This document shows, piece by piece, positions 38,560 to 49,851 of a stretch of DNA of 54,642 nt (its first letter is position 1; each line of letters starts with the position of its first letter). Below the pieces are notes generated by a model. It saw nothing but the letters and a program-made list of their open reading frames with translations, was not told the origin of the DNA and made no database searches. The DNA is taken from contig JBLWGC010000220.1 of the NCBI GenBank assembly GCA_048772705.1, forward strand, positions 1 to 54,642. The letters are read 5' to 3'. A program made the translations under genes and the position numbers. The stretch is from Leidyana gryllorum EB-2025a. Taxonomy: Eukaryota; Protista; Apicomplexa.

Positions 38560-39342
38560 CTAAATGTTGAACATAGTGTTGGGGTCCACTCGGAAGAACG
38601 GTTTGTGTTGACGGCTCCTTGTCGTTTGTCCAGTGGTGGTAGGGGTTGTGCTTATGAAGACGACCGCAGTACATTCACCATGAGCGTGTTGGGGGTTGGC
38701 AAAGGTGACAGTGGGTTTCTTGGGGGCAGATCCCTTTTGGGACGGCGTCGCTCTCAGGATGTCAATCGGTTTGATAGCAGGGCGAGACAGCTGCGGTCGC
38801 AAGGCGGATTTGGCCGGCATTCGATCTGGTGGGCATGGCGCATGGCCGACTTCCGAAACGCTGCGATGGTTCCACCACTTATCAGATGTTCGTTTTCTAG
38901 ACTTATCCACTAATTCGTCTTCGGCCAGATAATCACAAAATGGCCTGGCTTTGATGAACTCTGCAATGGATTTTCGTCTGCGGCATCGCACGAGATCATG
39001 AAGTGCTCTTCGGTAAAGTGACACTTTCCGTTCCGACTGTTTTCGTCGAAGTTTCAACTCCCATCGAATACCAAGAGTTAGTCCAAAAACCCATTCTATC
39101 CCAGTCATCCATCTTGCCATGGTCAAACCCAATTGGAGTCCAACCAATTTGATGTCACGTGATGGAACTGGGGGATATCTGGCTTGGGAAAGGTTAGATT
39201 TACGCATGGAGCGCATTTGATCCCCTTCCAGACGGAGATACTTGGGTGGTTCATAATCAAGAACAAGTGCGTGTGTCATCTGACCGCGTAGTGGAAGTAC
39301 ACACATCTGACAAACATCGCCATCATCACAGGGAGTGAACAA
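38560..39342 (-). CDS. Hypothetical basic protein (~250 aa, start uncertain)
   Basis: Long ORF filling the gap between convergent MTAP and CutC; no recognisable domain. Confidence 0.45.
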   Translation of the reverse strand: MFTPCDDGDVCQMCVLPLRGQMTHALVLDYEPPKYLRLEGDQMRSMRKSNLSQARYPPVPSRDIKLVGLQLGLTMARWMTGIEWVFGLTLGIRWELKLRRKQSERKVSLYRRALHDLVRCRRRKSIAEFIKARPFCDYLAEDELVDKSRKRTSDKWWNHRSVSEVGHAPCPPDRMPAKSALRPQLSRPAIKPIDILRATPSQKGSAPKKPTVTFANPQHAHGECTAVVFISTTPTTTGQTTRSRQHKPFFRVDPNTMFNI

Positions 39343-40069
39343 GTGTGGTCATGAGGCCAAGGGCGGCCGCATCGTATTCGAACTGCGGTCCGAACCCCAG
39401 GTTTTCCACGGAAGGGACTGAGCCGCACGCTTTCTTGGGCACACTACAATGGACCCATTTTGGCTTCAGTCTGCGTGTCAGCTCCTCAACATTGGTGATT
39501 CGAATCGCGGATCCCGGCATAACTGTAATAGCGTCTCCAACTTGGCTCTGTAACACTTTGATTTCGTCCACACCCTCCAAAGCGGTCTTTGCACGACCAG
39601 AAGTCAGAATAGTATCTATGTTCGCCATCTCGCATAGCCGTCCGAGGCCAACAAATGTGGGTAATACATCGACTGCACGATGTATGGTCAGCTTTTTGCC
39701 CACTGGCAGACTGATGCTGATCATCTCTATGCGTCCGTAATCCAACGCCACTGCGCCCACAGTCAGTCCGATCACCCATCCTTCCAGCGATTTCAAATCC
39801 AACTCAGCGAAATGCCTCAGCTCCTCCAATATCGTGGCAAACTCATAGTTGTTGTACGAGAAGTCACCACTCCGTGGCCGTAACATCACACGCTGCACCG
39901 TCTTGTTCCCAGAAAGGCTACATATGTAACCGTCAATCTGCTTTACCAGACCGACAGTGGGAGTCAGCCCGCCGACACTCAGAGCACTACATACTTCAAG
40001 TCGATCTACGCCACAATCAATGGCAATCTTAGCTGATTCAAAGTCATCCACACATACTTCCAACTGCAT
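39326..40069 (-). CDS. cutC: Copper homeostasis protein CutC, 247 aa
   Basis: LEVCVD, DRLEVCSALSVGGLTP, MLRPRSGDF, TIHRAVD, ILTSG, VMPGS, WVHCS. Confidence 0.92.
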   Translation of the reverse strand: MQLEVCVDDFESAKIAIDCGVDRLEVCSALSVGGLTPTVGLVKQIDGYICSLSGNKTVQRVMLRPRSGDFSYNNYEFATILEELRHFAELDLKSLEGWVIGLTVGAVALDYGRIEMISISLPVGKKLTIHRAVDVLPTFVGLGRLCEMANIDTILTSGRAKTALEGVDEIKVLQSQVGDAITVMPGSAIRITNVEELTRRLKPKWVHCSVPKKACGSVPSVENLGFGPQFEYDAAALGLMTTLVHSL

Positions 40070-40093
40070 TTTCAGGAATTCACTTTTTTCTCA

Positions 40094-41646
40094 TCAGAAA
40101 AGTGGACGATTCAACAACCCCTTCTGCTCTTCACAAGCTGCCAACACTGCCGCACCCAACCCAGAACCGTCTTTAGACACACGCATTTTCACCAACTTGG
40201 CATTGCGCTCTCCCAACACAATGTTCAACCCGTCCTGAACGTCTTCCTGGAACTTCGGGTTGTGGATGTACATCGACCCATCGATCCCAACAGTCACACC
40301 TCCGGCAGCTTGCTGCAGCTTGCCGGTCTGTTTCGCCAATGCAGACACTCCCACTGCCAACAAATACGCCGCACGTCGTATGATCGCACGGAAAAGGTCG
40401 CGCACAGCCTCCAGGTATGCCCTGTTGTTGCAGTCCCAGTCCAGTTGAACCTTCAGCACGTGTTGAACACCCGACAAGTCAAAAGACTCATCATAGGCAG
40501 CAGCCATACAGGCTTCTGTGGTCATTGTGTGGTGAACCCAACTGCGGTCCGGAGCGTCCCAGGCGAACATCCGCAATAGGGCACGACGACAGAGCTCAGA
40601 AACGAACAGGCTTGAACACATCTTCTCCATCACGTTGATGCCAGGGTGGGTGTCGCTGAGATCAACCTGCAGATCGATGATATTTTTCTTCAATGCGCGG
40701 TTGTAGCCGCCCATCTCAGTGTTGATGATCAGTCCCTGGTATCCGTACTCCTTGGCATGGCGCTCGTAGTATGCAGCGTTCATTCCTGTGCCCAAAATCA
40801 CACCGAGGACGCAGGGAGGCAGGTACTCCTTAGCTGCAAAAATGCTGTAAGCACTGCTCAGAAGAGTACCAGTGGTATCATTTAGAGCCGCTGCACATCG
40901 AGCCGGAACCTGATTGCGCAGAAAAGCGCTATCAAGCAGCTGACAGATGTCGGGACCTCCCTCTACTTTGTCGTCAGTGTCTCGACCTGTCTCGAAACCT
41001 TTAGTCCAGAAAGGGCAGGTACCGCTGTTGATGGCAGACTGTTCCAATGGAAAACTGAAGGTGAATCCAACAGCAAACTTCTTGTTCTTTCCGCGCTCCA
41101 AGTCTCCCGTCTCGGCCATCAGACCCTTAACCTGGTTCACAATGTAGTCAAACAGCTCCGTAGCCGTGGCTTTGGGATCCATTAGACCTTTGGGCAGATC
41201 TTTCGTGACACCGAGATCTCTAATGCACTCCGTACGCTGTTTGGTATCATACCCGCCCTGGCCATCCAACTCCACTCTGACCACTCGAAGATTGGTACCG
41301 CCGAAGTCAATGGCGTAAAAGATCTGACGCACAGCAAATGTGGGTTCTCAGGACAAACTCTACTCACGCCTTTCTCCTGACCCGAAGGGGGCGAGTCTAC
41401 GCAAGTATCCAGAAACTTCAATGAAGCAGGAGACTCAGTCATAGGGTTCCTGTGATGGCGGAGAGCTTGGCGACAATCAGCGTTGAACTGATCTCGCAAC
41501 GACTTCATCTCCTCCTCGCCCAAATCGAACATTGCGATATATCTCTGAAGAAAGGCGATTACCCGCCGACCAACGAAGAAAATACTCACTTTGCATCGCG
41601 AAGCGATGTTCTCTATTCCAACTTCCTGACGCGTGAATTTGCCCAT
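40094..41646 (-). CDS. HK: Hexokinase paralog 1 (introns 41545-41589, 41324-41367)
   Basis: AIDFGGTNLR, GFTFSFP, WTKGFETG, LNDTTGTL, ILGTGMN, INTE, GIDGS, DGSGLGAA; GT-AG introns restore the frame. Confidence 0.93.
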
Positions 41647-41889
41647 ACTTCGATCACTTGTTAACACACTTTTTCTTCCGAATCACATGCAGCTCATTTA
41701 GGAACCCATCTGCATTATCTCGATGACACCTTAAATGGCACATAGTAGACTTGGCATTACCTTCTCTCTTACGAGCCACTCTATAGAGTATACTACGTTC
41801 CACATTATTCGCACGTTCGCTCGGAGCTCTCTTAGCCCGGGTCAAATATCACTTCATTTCATTCAGAGCTCTCAGAATCACACACCACT

Positions 41890-43559
41890 TCACTTCAAAG
41901 AGTTCATTTCAGCCAACAGTTTCTCCTGACTCGCCAGTCGAGTCGTCCAAACCTGGCCTGGACTTGGAGCAAATGAGGTTCGACGCTTCTTGTGTGGCAT
42001 AGCGGCCAGAATTCCGGCGCCCAAACCAGACCCGTCCGATGCTGTTGTCCAGTGGAGCAATCCGGCCAACTCGTCTCCCAGGAACTTCTTCATTGCCTTG
42101 CTGATGTCCTCGCGGAATTCAGGATTGCGCGTATACAGACTACCATCCACAGCACAGGTCAACCCTCCGATAGCGTGCTGTAGTCTGCCCGTGCTCAATG
42201 CCAGACATCCTACCATCACAGCCACAACCCCCGCGGCGCGCTCGATCACCGCATGACAAATCTCATGGATCATCTTCAACCACTCTCTGGGCAATTTATC
42301 TCGGGGCCACTCGAGCTGAGTCTCCATAGCTTCGCGAACCAACGGGTGCTCAGGATCATCTTCGTAGGCCATCAACATGCAAGCTTCAGCTGTCAGAGAA
42401 GATTTCGACCAGCACAGAGGAGGGGCATCTTTCTGGAACACCTTCAAGATGGTCCTCCGGCAGATCTCGGGCAAGTAAAGACCCGAGACCATCTTCTCCG
42501 TGATCTGCTTGCCAGGAGCAGTATCACTGTCATCAACTTCATGATCCACAATATTTCGTGGCAGCAGAGTGCCGAAGGCTCCACATTCGGTGTTGATCAC
42601 ACTCCCAAAGTAGCCGTAGGTTGGGCCATCGGGGTCGGCATAGCAAGCGTTCAACCCAGTACCTAGAATCAAACCAATCAGTGTCTGCGGCTTGCTCTTA
42701 TCAGCCGTATAGGCTCCAGAGACTAATGTGCCGGTCTGTAAAAGATAAACACGCGTGTGTGCTGGAACTTTGAAAAGGGGTCGTTATCACTCACAGTGTC
42801 ATTCAATACTGCTGTAGCTTCGGCGGGAACTCCATTACGCTGAAAAGCGCGGTTTAGCAACAAGACAATGTCTGTGCCAGGCGCTATGATCGGATCATTG
42901 GTCTTTGTGCCAGTTTCGAACCCCTTGGACATTTGGAGGCAATAAGCAGAATCGATATCGATCTGCTCCATCGCAAAGGAGAAGGTGAAACCTACTGGGT
43001 ACAAAGTGGGACGCAGATGATCTTTGTGCTTTGCCATGAGTTCCTTGACCAAGGATGCAATGGCGTCAAACAATTCGGTGGCCGTGGCTTTTGCATCCAT
43101 CAGTCCCTTGGGATGAGGGCTCGGGTAGTCGCGAATGTTACGAGCCAGCTGATCTAGCTTGTATCCCTTGTTACCATCAAGCTCCACACGAACACAGCGC
43201 AGGTTCGTTCCACCAAAGTCCACTGCATAATACACCTGAGGATTGAATGATGAGAAGATTCGGAGTTACAAGCGATTAACCTACCCCGCTTTCCGATCCT
43301 GTGGGAGGTTTATCGACGCAGGTGTCGAGGAAGTACATCTGCCCCTTAGGTTCCGATTTATTCTTGTGATTGACTTTGCAGATGTTGATGTCCGCCCGCA
43401 CAGCGCTGGCCATTTCAAGCATTTTGTTGCGGGGGAACTCAAACATCTCGCGATATCGCTGAGATGGAGATAGTTTGGAATTTGATTGGATTGCCCACTG
43501 GATACCTTATGTCTCTCCTCCAGACTTTCGACCTTGACGTTCTGCTTCTCAATCGGCAT
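41890..43559 (-). CDS. HK: Hexokinase paralog 2 (introns 43459-43505, 43236-43284, 42736-42794)
   Basis: AVDFGGTNLR, GFTFSF, LNDT|TGTL, ILGTGLN, INTECG, AVDGS, DGSGLGA; the first two introns are at the same positions as in paralog 1. Confidence 0.92.
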
Positions 43560-43660
43560 TGTGCGAGTTCCAAGTCAGAAATGTGCTAGGCATGCTTAAG
43601 AGGGGGAGGGAAGGGATTAAAGTGTGCAGTTCATTGTACGGATCAAATTCGAAACTTGAC

Positions 43661-44670
43661 TCAAAAGAGGCGGCGTTTACGGCCCGCCTCAGCTACGAAC
43701 TTCTCAAAGCGCTGGAAATCTCCGACGCCCTTCATTACATGGAAGGACTCCAGCCGTTCCTGTATATCATGAACGATGCACCGCAAAGTAAAGACTCGAC
43801 TACCCACCCTTGACTTATAATAGTCCTTTAATGGCCTGGTTTCCTTTTCATAGACCTCAAGACGGTGAAGGATTACTTCCTCCTTATCGTCCTTCCTTTG
43901 CTTAAGATTACTGCAACCTTTACATTTGGCCAACTGATCAGGGGTAGGCACCAACGGCTTGAAGGAGTAACCAGGTTCATTAAGCTCAGTCACATTGTAG
44001 GTCTTTCCACACTTTAGACACACGCGCCTTCCCGCCAGCTTAGCTACCAGCACGCGTTTAGGTTGTGTGATGTTAATTGCAAGGAATGGTCCTATATATT
44101 CGAGTTGTCAGAGCACACATGTACGCCATGCATACCAGAGAAGTTATCGAGAACTTCTGCTTGATAAAGAGTTCGAGGAAAGCCATCCAGAACGAAGCCG
44201 TCCTGGGTATCCGTGCAATCGAGGCGATTCTCGACGATGGCAATAACGAGATCATCCGGGACCAATTCGCCCTTCTCAGTTAATTCCTTGAACGCCAGCC
44301 CCAGCTGCGTTTGTCGTCCAATCTCATTCCGGATAATGTCGCCAGTTGAAATGTGGGGAATACCCCACCGCTCAGATAATAGTGTGGCGAACGTCCCCTT
44401 ACCGACACCAGGAGCCCCCAGGAAAATCAATTGGGGGGCATGGGCGCTCCGAAGAATACTTGTCTGCCGAGAAACAATCTCGAACCCCGTCAGAGACGCA
44501 GTGCGCGCGGCGGCCGCAGCAGCAGGAGAAGAGCCCACGGAGTCAACCGTAGAAGACGTTGTCGTAAAGCGGGGAGTCCACTTGAAAGTGGGTCTGGCGC
44601 CTCCAGCGAGTCTGACAGACTGCAACACAGCAGTCTTGGGAGGGGGAGGCAGACGCGCAGGCTTCAGCAT
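43661..44670 (-). CDS. adk: Adenylate kinase with N-terminal extension (introns 44092-44135 and probably 43760-43807)
   Basis: P-loop GAPGVGKGT, HISTGD, LDGFPRT, LID GRRVCLKC...CKGC, QRKDD. The N-terminal ~75 aa are Arg/Ser/Ala-rich and nearly acid-free, resembling a transit peptide. Confidence 0.92.
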
Positions 44671-44698
44671 AGGAACAACAAAACCCTACCACACCCGC

Positions 44699-47600
44699 CT
44701 AGCTCGGAGCTGCTGAAAATGTCAATTGGTCTAGTGCTGTCTCCAAAGAAGGAACAGCACAGGTCCACCAAGTGCCGCCTCCCTCGATTTCAGCTTCTGA
44801 GGTTGCCAGCAGCGTGGTCGACAGATTCTGCAACCAGCTGTCTGCAACTTGCTGCTGGTGCATGATCCAAGCCCTCAACCGAGGTACTGGTGCTAAACAG
44901 GCTCTCCGATCTTCGATCGGCTCCTGAACCAGCGACAGATACCCCAATCCAAAGATATACATGCACAAGATGTCGTCAGATCCTACTTCCGACGATTCGG
45001 CGGCCATCATCGCCTTCATACGTTGCTCAAGTCGCCTTCCTACCCGATTTTGGGGCAGTGCCCAACACACTGAGAAGAAGGAGGTGTGTGTAAACGCGCG
45101 CACGCGCATTCGACTGCGCCGATGACTTACCAGAGCTTTCACATCCGTCGTGCTCAGGCGACCAGACGAGTTTGCTCAGGGCTGAGATGATCAGATCCGC
45201 TGCAGCAGCGATATCGTTGGCTTGGGCGTTGTCAAGGATGGCGAAAATGAAGCGGACTAGTAGGGCCGCAGAGTATGCCCGGCCTGTGTCACCGTTTTCA
45301 AGCTTGGAAGCACTTCCTGTGGAGTAGCCCAACCAGAAGACGTCGACAAGGCGGGCCAGGAATGTTGCTTTGGCGTCGATGAGCCCTACTACCCAATGAA
45401 TGGCTTTGGTCATGCTAGCACTGGTCATATTGGGGATCCCCGATCGCACCAAGCAGAAGAGAAAGTCCATATCCCACTGGCCCTTGACACTGGTATCAAC
45501 AGCCTTAGGCAGTACCATACCCTCACCCAGCATAGCGTCAAACGCATGTTGGATTTGGGTTCCCCATTCCGTTAGTTCGGCTGTAGTAGCATCAGGGAGA
45601 AGGGTCCACAGCTCTCCGAAGCGGTCGAAGCATCCCCACCCAGAGAAGCACCAGCAGCTGGCTGTGCCTTGGCGTATGAAATGTCGGAGAGCTGCGTCCA
45701 TCCATTGAGCAAACTTGCGAAGTCTGACAGTGGATACAAGAGAACTGGAGGTGGGTGGTTGCCAGTGTCTCTGCAAACGGGGAATGAGGGACGCGATTTT
45801 GCCCTCCGCTGCTCCGTCGGCACCCATGGCCCCTTTGTTGGCATTTGCAACGCCTGAGGCGTTTTCGTCGTCTGCCGGATTAGCTTCAGCGGCTTTGAAC
45901 CTCCTGACTTCCTCTTCAATGTCAACGGCTCCTTCGGCGCCAGAGAAGACTCTGAGTGGGGCAGCTGAGACCGTTACCTTCCCAGCGGAGGTAACAATTT
46001 CGTCAAAAATATGGCCCACGCCACTGCTTTGCCATTGTCTCAACTGATTGGTGGCGTGATCCACGATGGACTTCATTGCTTTGGCCCGATCTCCAACTTC
46101 TCCCAGAGAGCACAGATCGACCAATCTTCCCAACAGTGACCTCTCTTTCCACAGAGTTTCATTGGCCGGGACTCGGCGTATCAGAGCCTCCGCTGTCTCT
46201 GTGAGATTGCCAGCGGAGCCCTCAAAGTTGAAGCCTTCCTCGAAGCTCAAGTTTTGTTGGACAAAGTATGCGATCATTTGGAGACACATTGCCCCGCATC
46301 GCATAACATTACGACCGGCTTGGACGAATAGGAAGTTTACCGAGTTGACAGCGTCCAAATATCTGCACAAATGGCAATCGTAGAGCAGCACACACTCACC
46401 TCGTCACTTCGGTGGGCTCCGCGAGAGCGATTTCGAGAGATCTCATCGTGAGATACGAGCGCTCGAGTGACCGACGGTACGACGCTGTGTCTTGAATGAT
46501 CTGTGACTCGAGTGGGTCCAACTTGGCGTTGGACATATATCTCTGGAGAGCCAAGATGACTCCGGCGGCGGCCGCCAGCCTTAAACTTCTGGGCGGCATC
46601 ATACGGAAACACATTGTGACATTATCCGTGAGGGAGGCGTTGACAACCGCCTTAGCCAAACTGTTCCGTAGTGTGTCAGAGCAGTCGAAGAAGAGGACAT
46701 CTGCGAAACCCGCCAGTCGAGTCGCTATCAAAGATGCAGATGACTGGAACAAAGAGCCAAGGAAGGACGGCGGGAGACGGGCGATTTCTTCCGGCGTGGG
46801 TTTCTGATGTCTCGCTATCTGTTGGACAGGGAAGCGGTAGGCGGCTCCACAGATACTCGAAAGCCAAATTTGTGTGATGAGAAATCGGGTGGTCTTGTCT
46901 TGTTGACTGGGAGGCACCAAACTTAACAAACGCGGAGCCGCAATGTGGCCGTAGTAACTCAGAGGTAAATGTCGAACCATTTCCGGCCGAAGGTCCGGAA
47001 CATTGGGCCAAGTGATGCAGTTGAGATAACTCGTGAACACCGGGCACAGCACATCCAATCGCGGGCTCAGACGGTTCGTCAATAACCAATCGAGTTGTCT
47101 GGGAGAGTAGGCGGCGAGATTCTTCAACGCCAACGAGGTGTCGGGAACTCCAGCCAGAGGAGCCGCATTGAGGAAAGGTAAGGCCCTCTTGTCAATCAAA
47201 GCCTGGCCATTCTGGACGCTTGGGGCAAAGAGCAGATAGTCCAGCCATCTTTGGGCTGGCGATGGAGTCGCTGCTCGAATGATCGCACACGACGTCGGCT
47301 GAGACACAGGCGTCGGAGCGAATTCCCGGAGGAACGCCGGTGTGTCCGCAGCATTGAGCGTTTGACAGAGCGACCAGTACGCCATCACAAACTCTGTTCG
47401 TCCGTACCCTATAGCGTGATCCACCAAAATCGGCTCTGCCAGCAGCCCAGCCAGCAATTGCATAGGCCTCTCGTTCTCCGGGGCAAAGGCCGCGCACCAC
47501 CGGAGACAGTGCAGAACCAATGTGGCTGCCAGTTTGGGACATCGCCCAAGTAGCACCAAAGTCGGCCGGAGCTTCTCGTTGGGCGGGGTCTGTAGGACGA

Positions 47601-48342
47601 GCGACACCACGCATTCCATAAGTTGCAGATTCTGTTTATGATACGCTCCCGGAACCACTTGTCGAATCAGTGTTAGCAGAAAAGTCAGGAGAGGATCCGA
47701 GAGAGGCAGTTCAGCTTCAGTGGTGAGGCCGTCCGAAGACGAAGCCCCTCTCCAATCGAATCGATTCTCTTTGCGCATTTGCTCCAAGCTCTGCCGCACC
47801 ACGAGCGGTGCCAACCACTGAAGAAAGGTCTCTCCGTTGGCCAAATAGTGCAGATGGACCAACAAGAAGGAGGCTGTTTGAGCACACTCTGTTGCGCCGT
47901 CACACGCTGTCAATAGGGCCTCCAGAGTTTGCATCACAGGCACCACGATAGAGCGGTCCTCTTGCAACAACAAATATATGAGGGCATACAGAGCCGCATT
48001 CCGATTAGTAAGGCTGACTTGCGCATATCGCAAAACCGCTTCAGGCTCCCAAACGAAGGTCTGGATTTCGCCCGTACCCGTGGGAGTTATCGACACGCGG
48101 ACTCCGGACTGCAATAATTCTGGACGTGGGACCCGACATACTCTCAAAACTTGTAGTGTTATCGCTTGAAATGCATCGGTCAGCACCCGATGCGAGTCGA
48201 GCAACCTCCCTTGGTCCAGAAACATAAAAAACACTATGTCCGTCCCCCCACTTGAACATGCTCGACAGGTAGCTCGCAGCCTTGGCAGCGGCTCCACTGC
48301 ATTTGTACCCGCCCCTCCACCCCCTGAATTGCCGGCTGCCAT
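44699..48342 (-). CDS. Large Leu-rich helical hypothetical protein, ~1181 aa (introns 46363-46399, 45070-45130)
   Basis: Three ORFs joined in frame by canonical introns (gtgagt...gcag; gtaagt...tcag); total 3546 nt; first ATG 48342. Confidence 0.75.
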
Positions 48343-48421
48343 GTACCGACGAATCTGCAGTACTGTCACCAATGGTCCGGGGTCTCAGGTCGCAACCCCC
48401 GTATCTCCTACGCCCTGGGAC

Positions 48422-49515
48422 ATGATCGAATTACTCTCACGGTCTAATGCAGAATACTCATTCCAGGTTGTCCCCAGGCCGGACATAGTATCTTCTTCTG
48501 AAGATGAAGACGAAGACGAAGATCGTGCGGAGGATGACATTACTCAACAATTGAACGTGCCGGAAAGTGTTCAAAGTCTACCCAAACCACTTCAACCGCA
48601 ATCATCTAATTCCTCTTTTTGTTTGTCAGAAGCTCTCGAAGATATGAAGCAACTGGATTCCGCTGAAGGGCCTCAACTGGTGCGACCGCTCGAGGAATTG
48701 AGGGCGATGCTGGTCAATGTTGACGTGCCAATTCGGGAACGATTAGAGGTATATTTTCATCATTTGTGCCTCTATGAACATGCTGGCTTGTCACTGTTCG
48801 ATTCTGTATGTGTTATCGTGTCTCCGTGTGTGTGTGCGCTTGCACGCGCATTGTCTTGTGACCGACGGACTCGCTATCTCATCTCGTACCCTTCCGCCGC
48901 GAGGACACCCCCCAGGTCTAGTTCGGCTTTTGTGTTGTGACTGACAGTGATCTTGGCCCGCAGCATGTCTCTACTGAAATCCTTGGACCCCAATCTCAGA
49001 TCTTGAAGAATCTGCAATTGCGCGACAACTGGCTTGGCTTCTTGGCGAAGCATTTTCGGCGCGCCCTCAAGCAAATCAATTCGGAAGAAGCTATAACCGC
49101 GCAACGAGTACGACGACTGCAAGAGGTTTTCGCTGAGCTCGCACCACCTTCCAGCCGGCATCAGAAGCGACGGTCATCTCCAGCAAGCTCGTTCTCTGGA
49201 CTGCCTCCTAGGCCCCCCTCTAGTTCTGCGGGCAGCCCCCCGATGTCACGCAAACCGTCGCCTTCGTTGGCTCCAAGCACTGTTACCTCTTTGAGCTCAA
49301 CGACGGGGCATGCTCACAAGATCAGTCCTCCCGTTATGAACTTGCCGACTGTGCAAGAAGTGGCCGAATGCGGGTCTACTCCTGCGCAAACTCCTCCTTC
49401 TGCTAAACCAGCCAAGTCCCCCGTTTCAGAGAGGCGCATTTCTAACAAGGTATTCGGCGAAAAAGCCCAAGATGTCTCCTCTTCAATCCATTATGCCCCA
49501 GCATTGCAAGGGTAA
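48422..49515 (+). CDS. Hypothetical spliced protein (acidic N-terminus, Ser/Pro-rich C-terminus); boundaries uncertain
   Basis: ORFs 48236-48940 and 48937-49515 with donor-like sites near 48806 (gtatgt) and 49512 (gtaagt). Confidence 0.5.
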
Positions 49516-49851
49516 GTGCTCAGTGCGGGTGCCAGTTCTTTGTGGACCGATTGTTGTGACCATCCAGACCTATTGCACTACTGCCACCGGTTGTACGAAG
49601 TTCAGTATTTAGTGGGGAGTATCAAGTATGGCAAGTGTCTGGGGTGCTGGCAGTCCCACCAAGTATGAAAGGTGGAGGAAGTGACGACGCATCAGCGAGA
49701 TTTTGCACCTGCCTGTTGACGGATCATATAGGCTCCAAGCCATTGCCTTCTAGCGGGCTGACCCATTTCAGCCGCTCGTGTGAAGTGAGGGCTCAGAGGG
49801 GCTAACTGAGCATATATTGTCAGCTCCAATCAACACATATACACAGACCAT

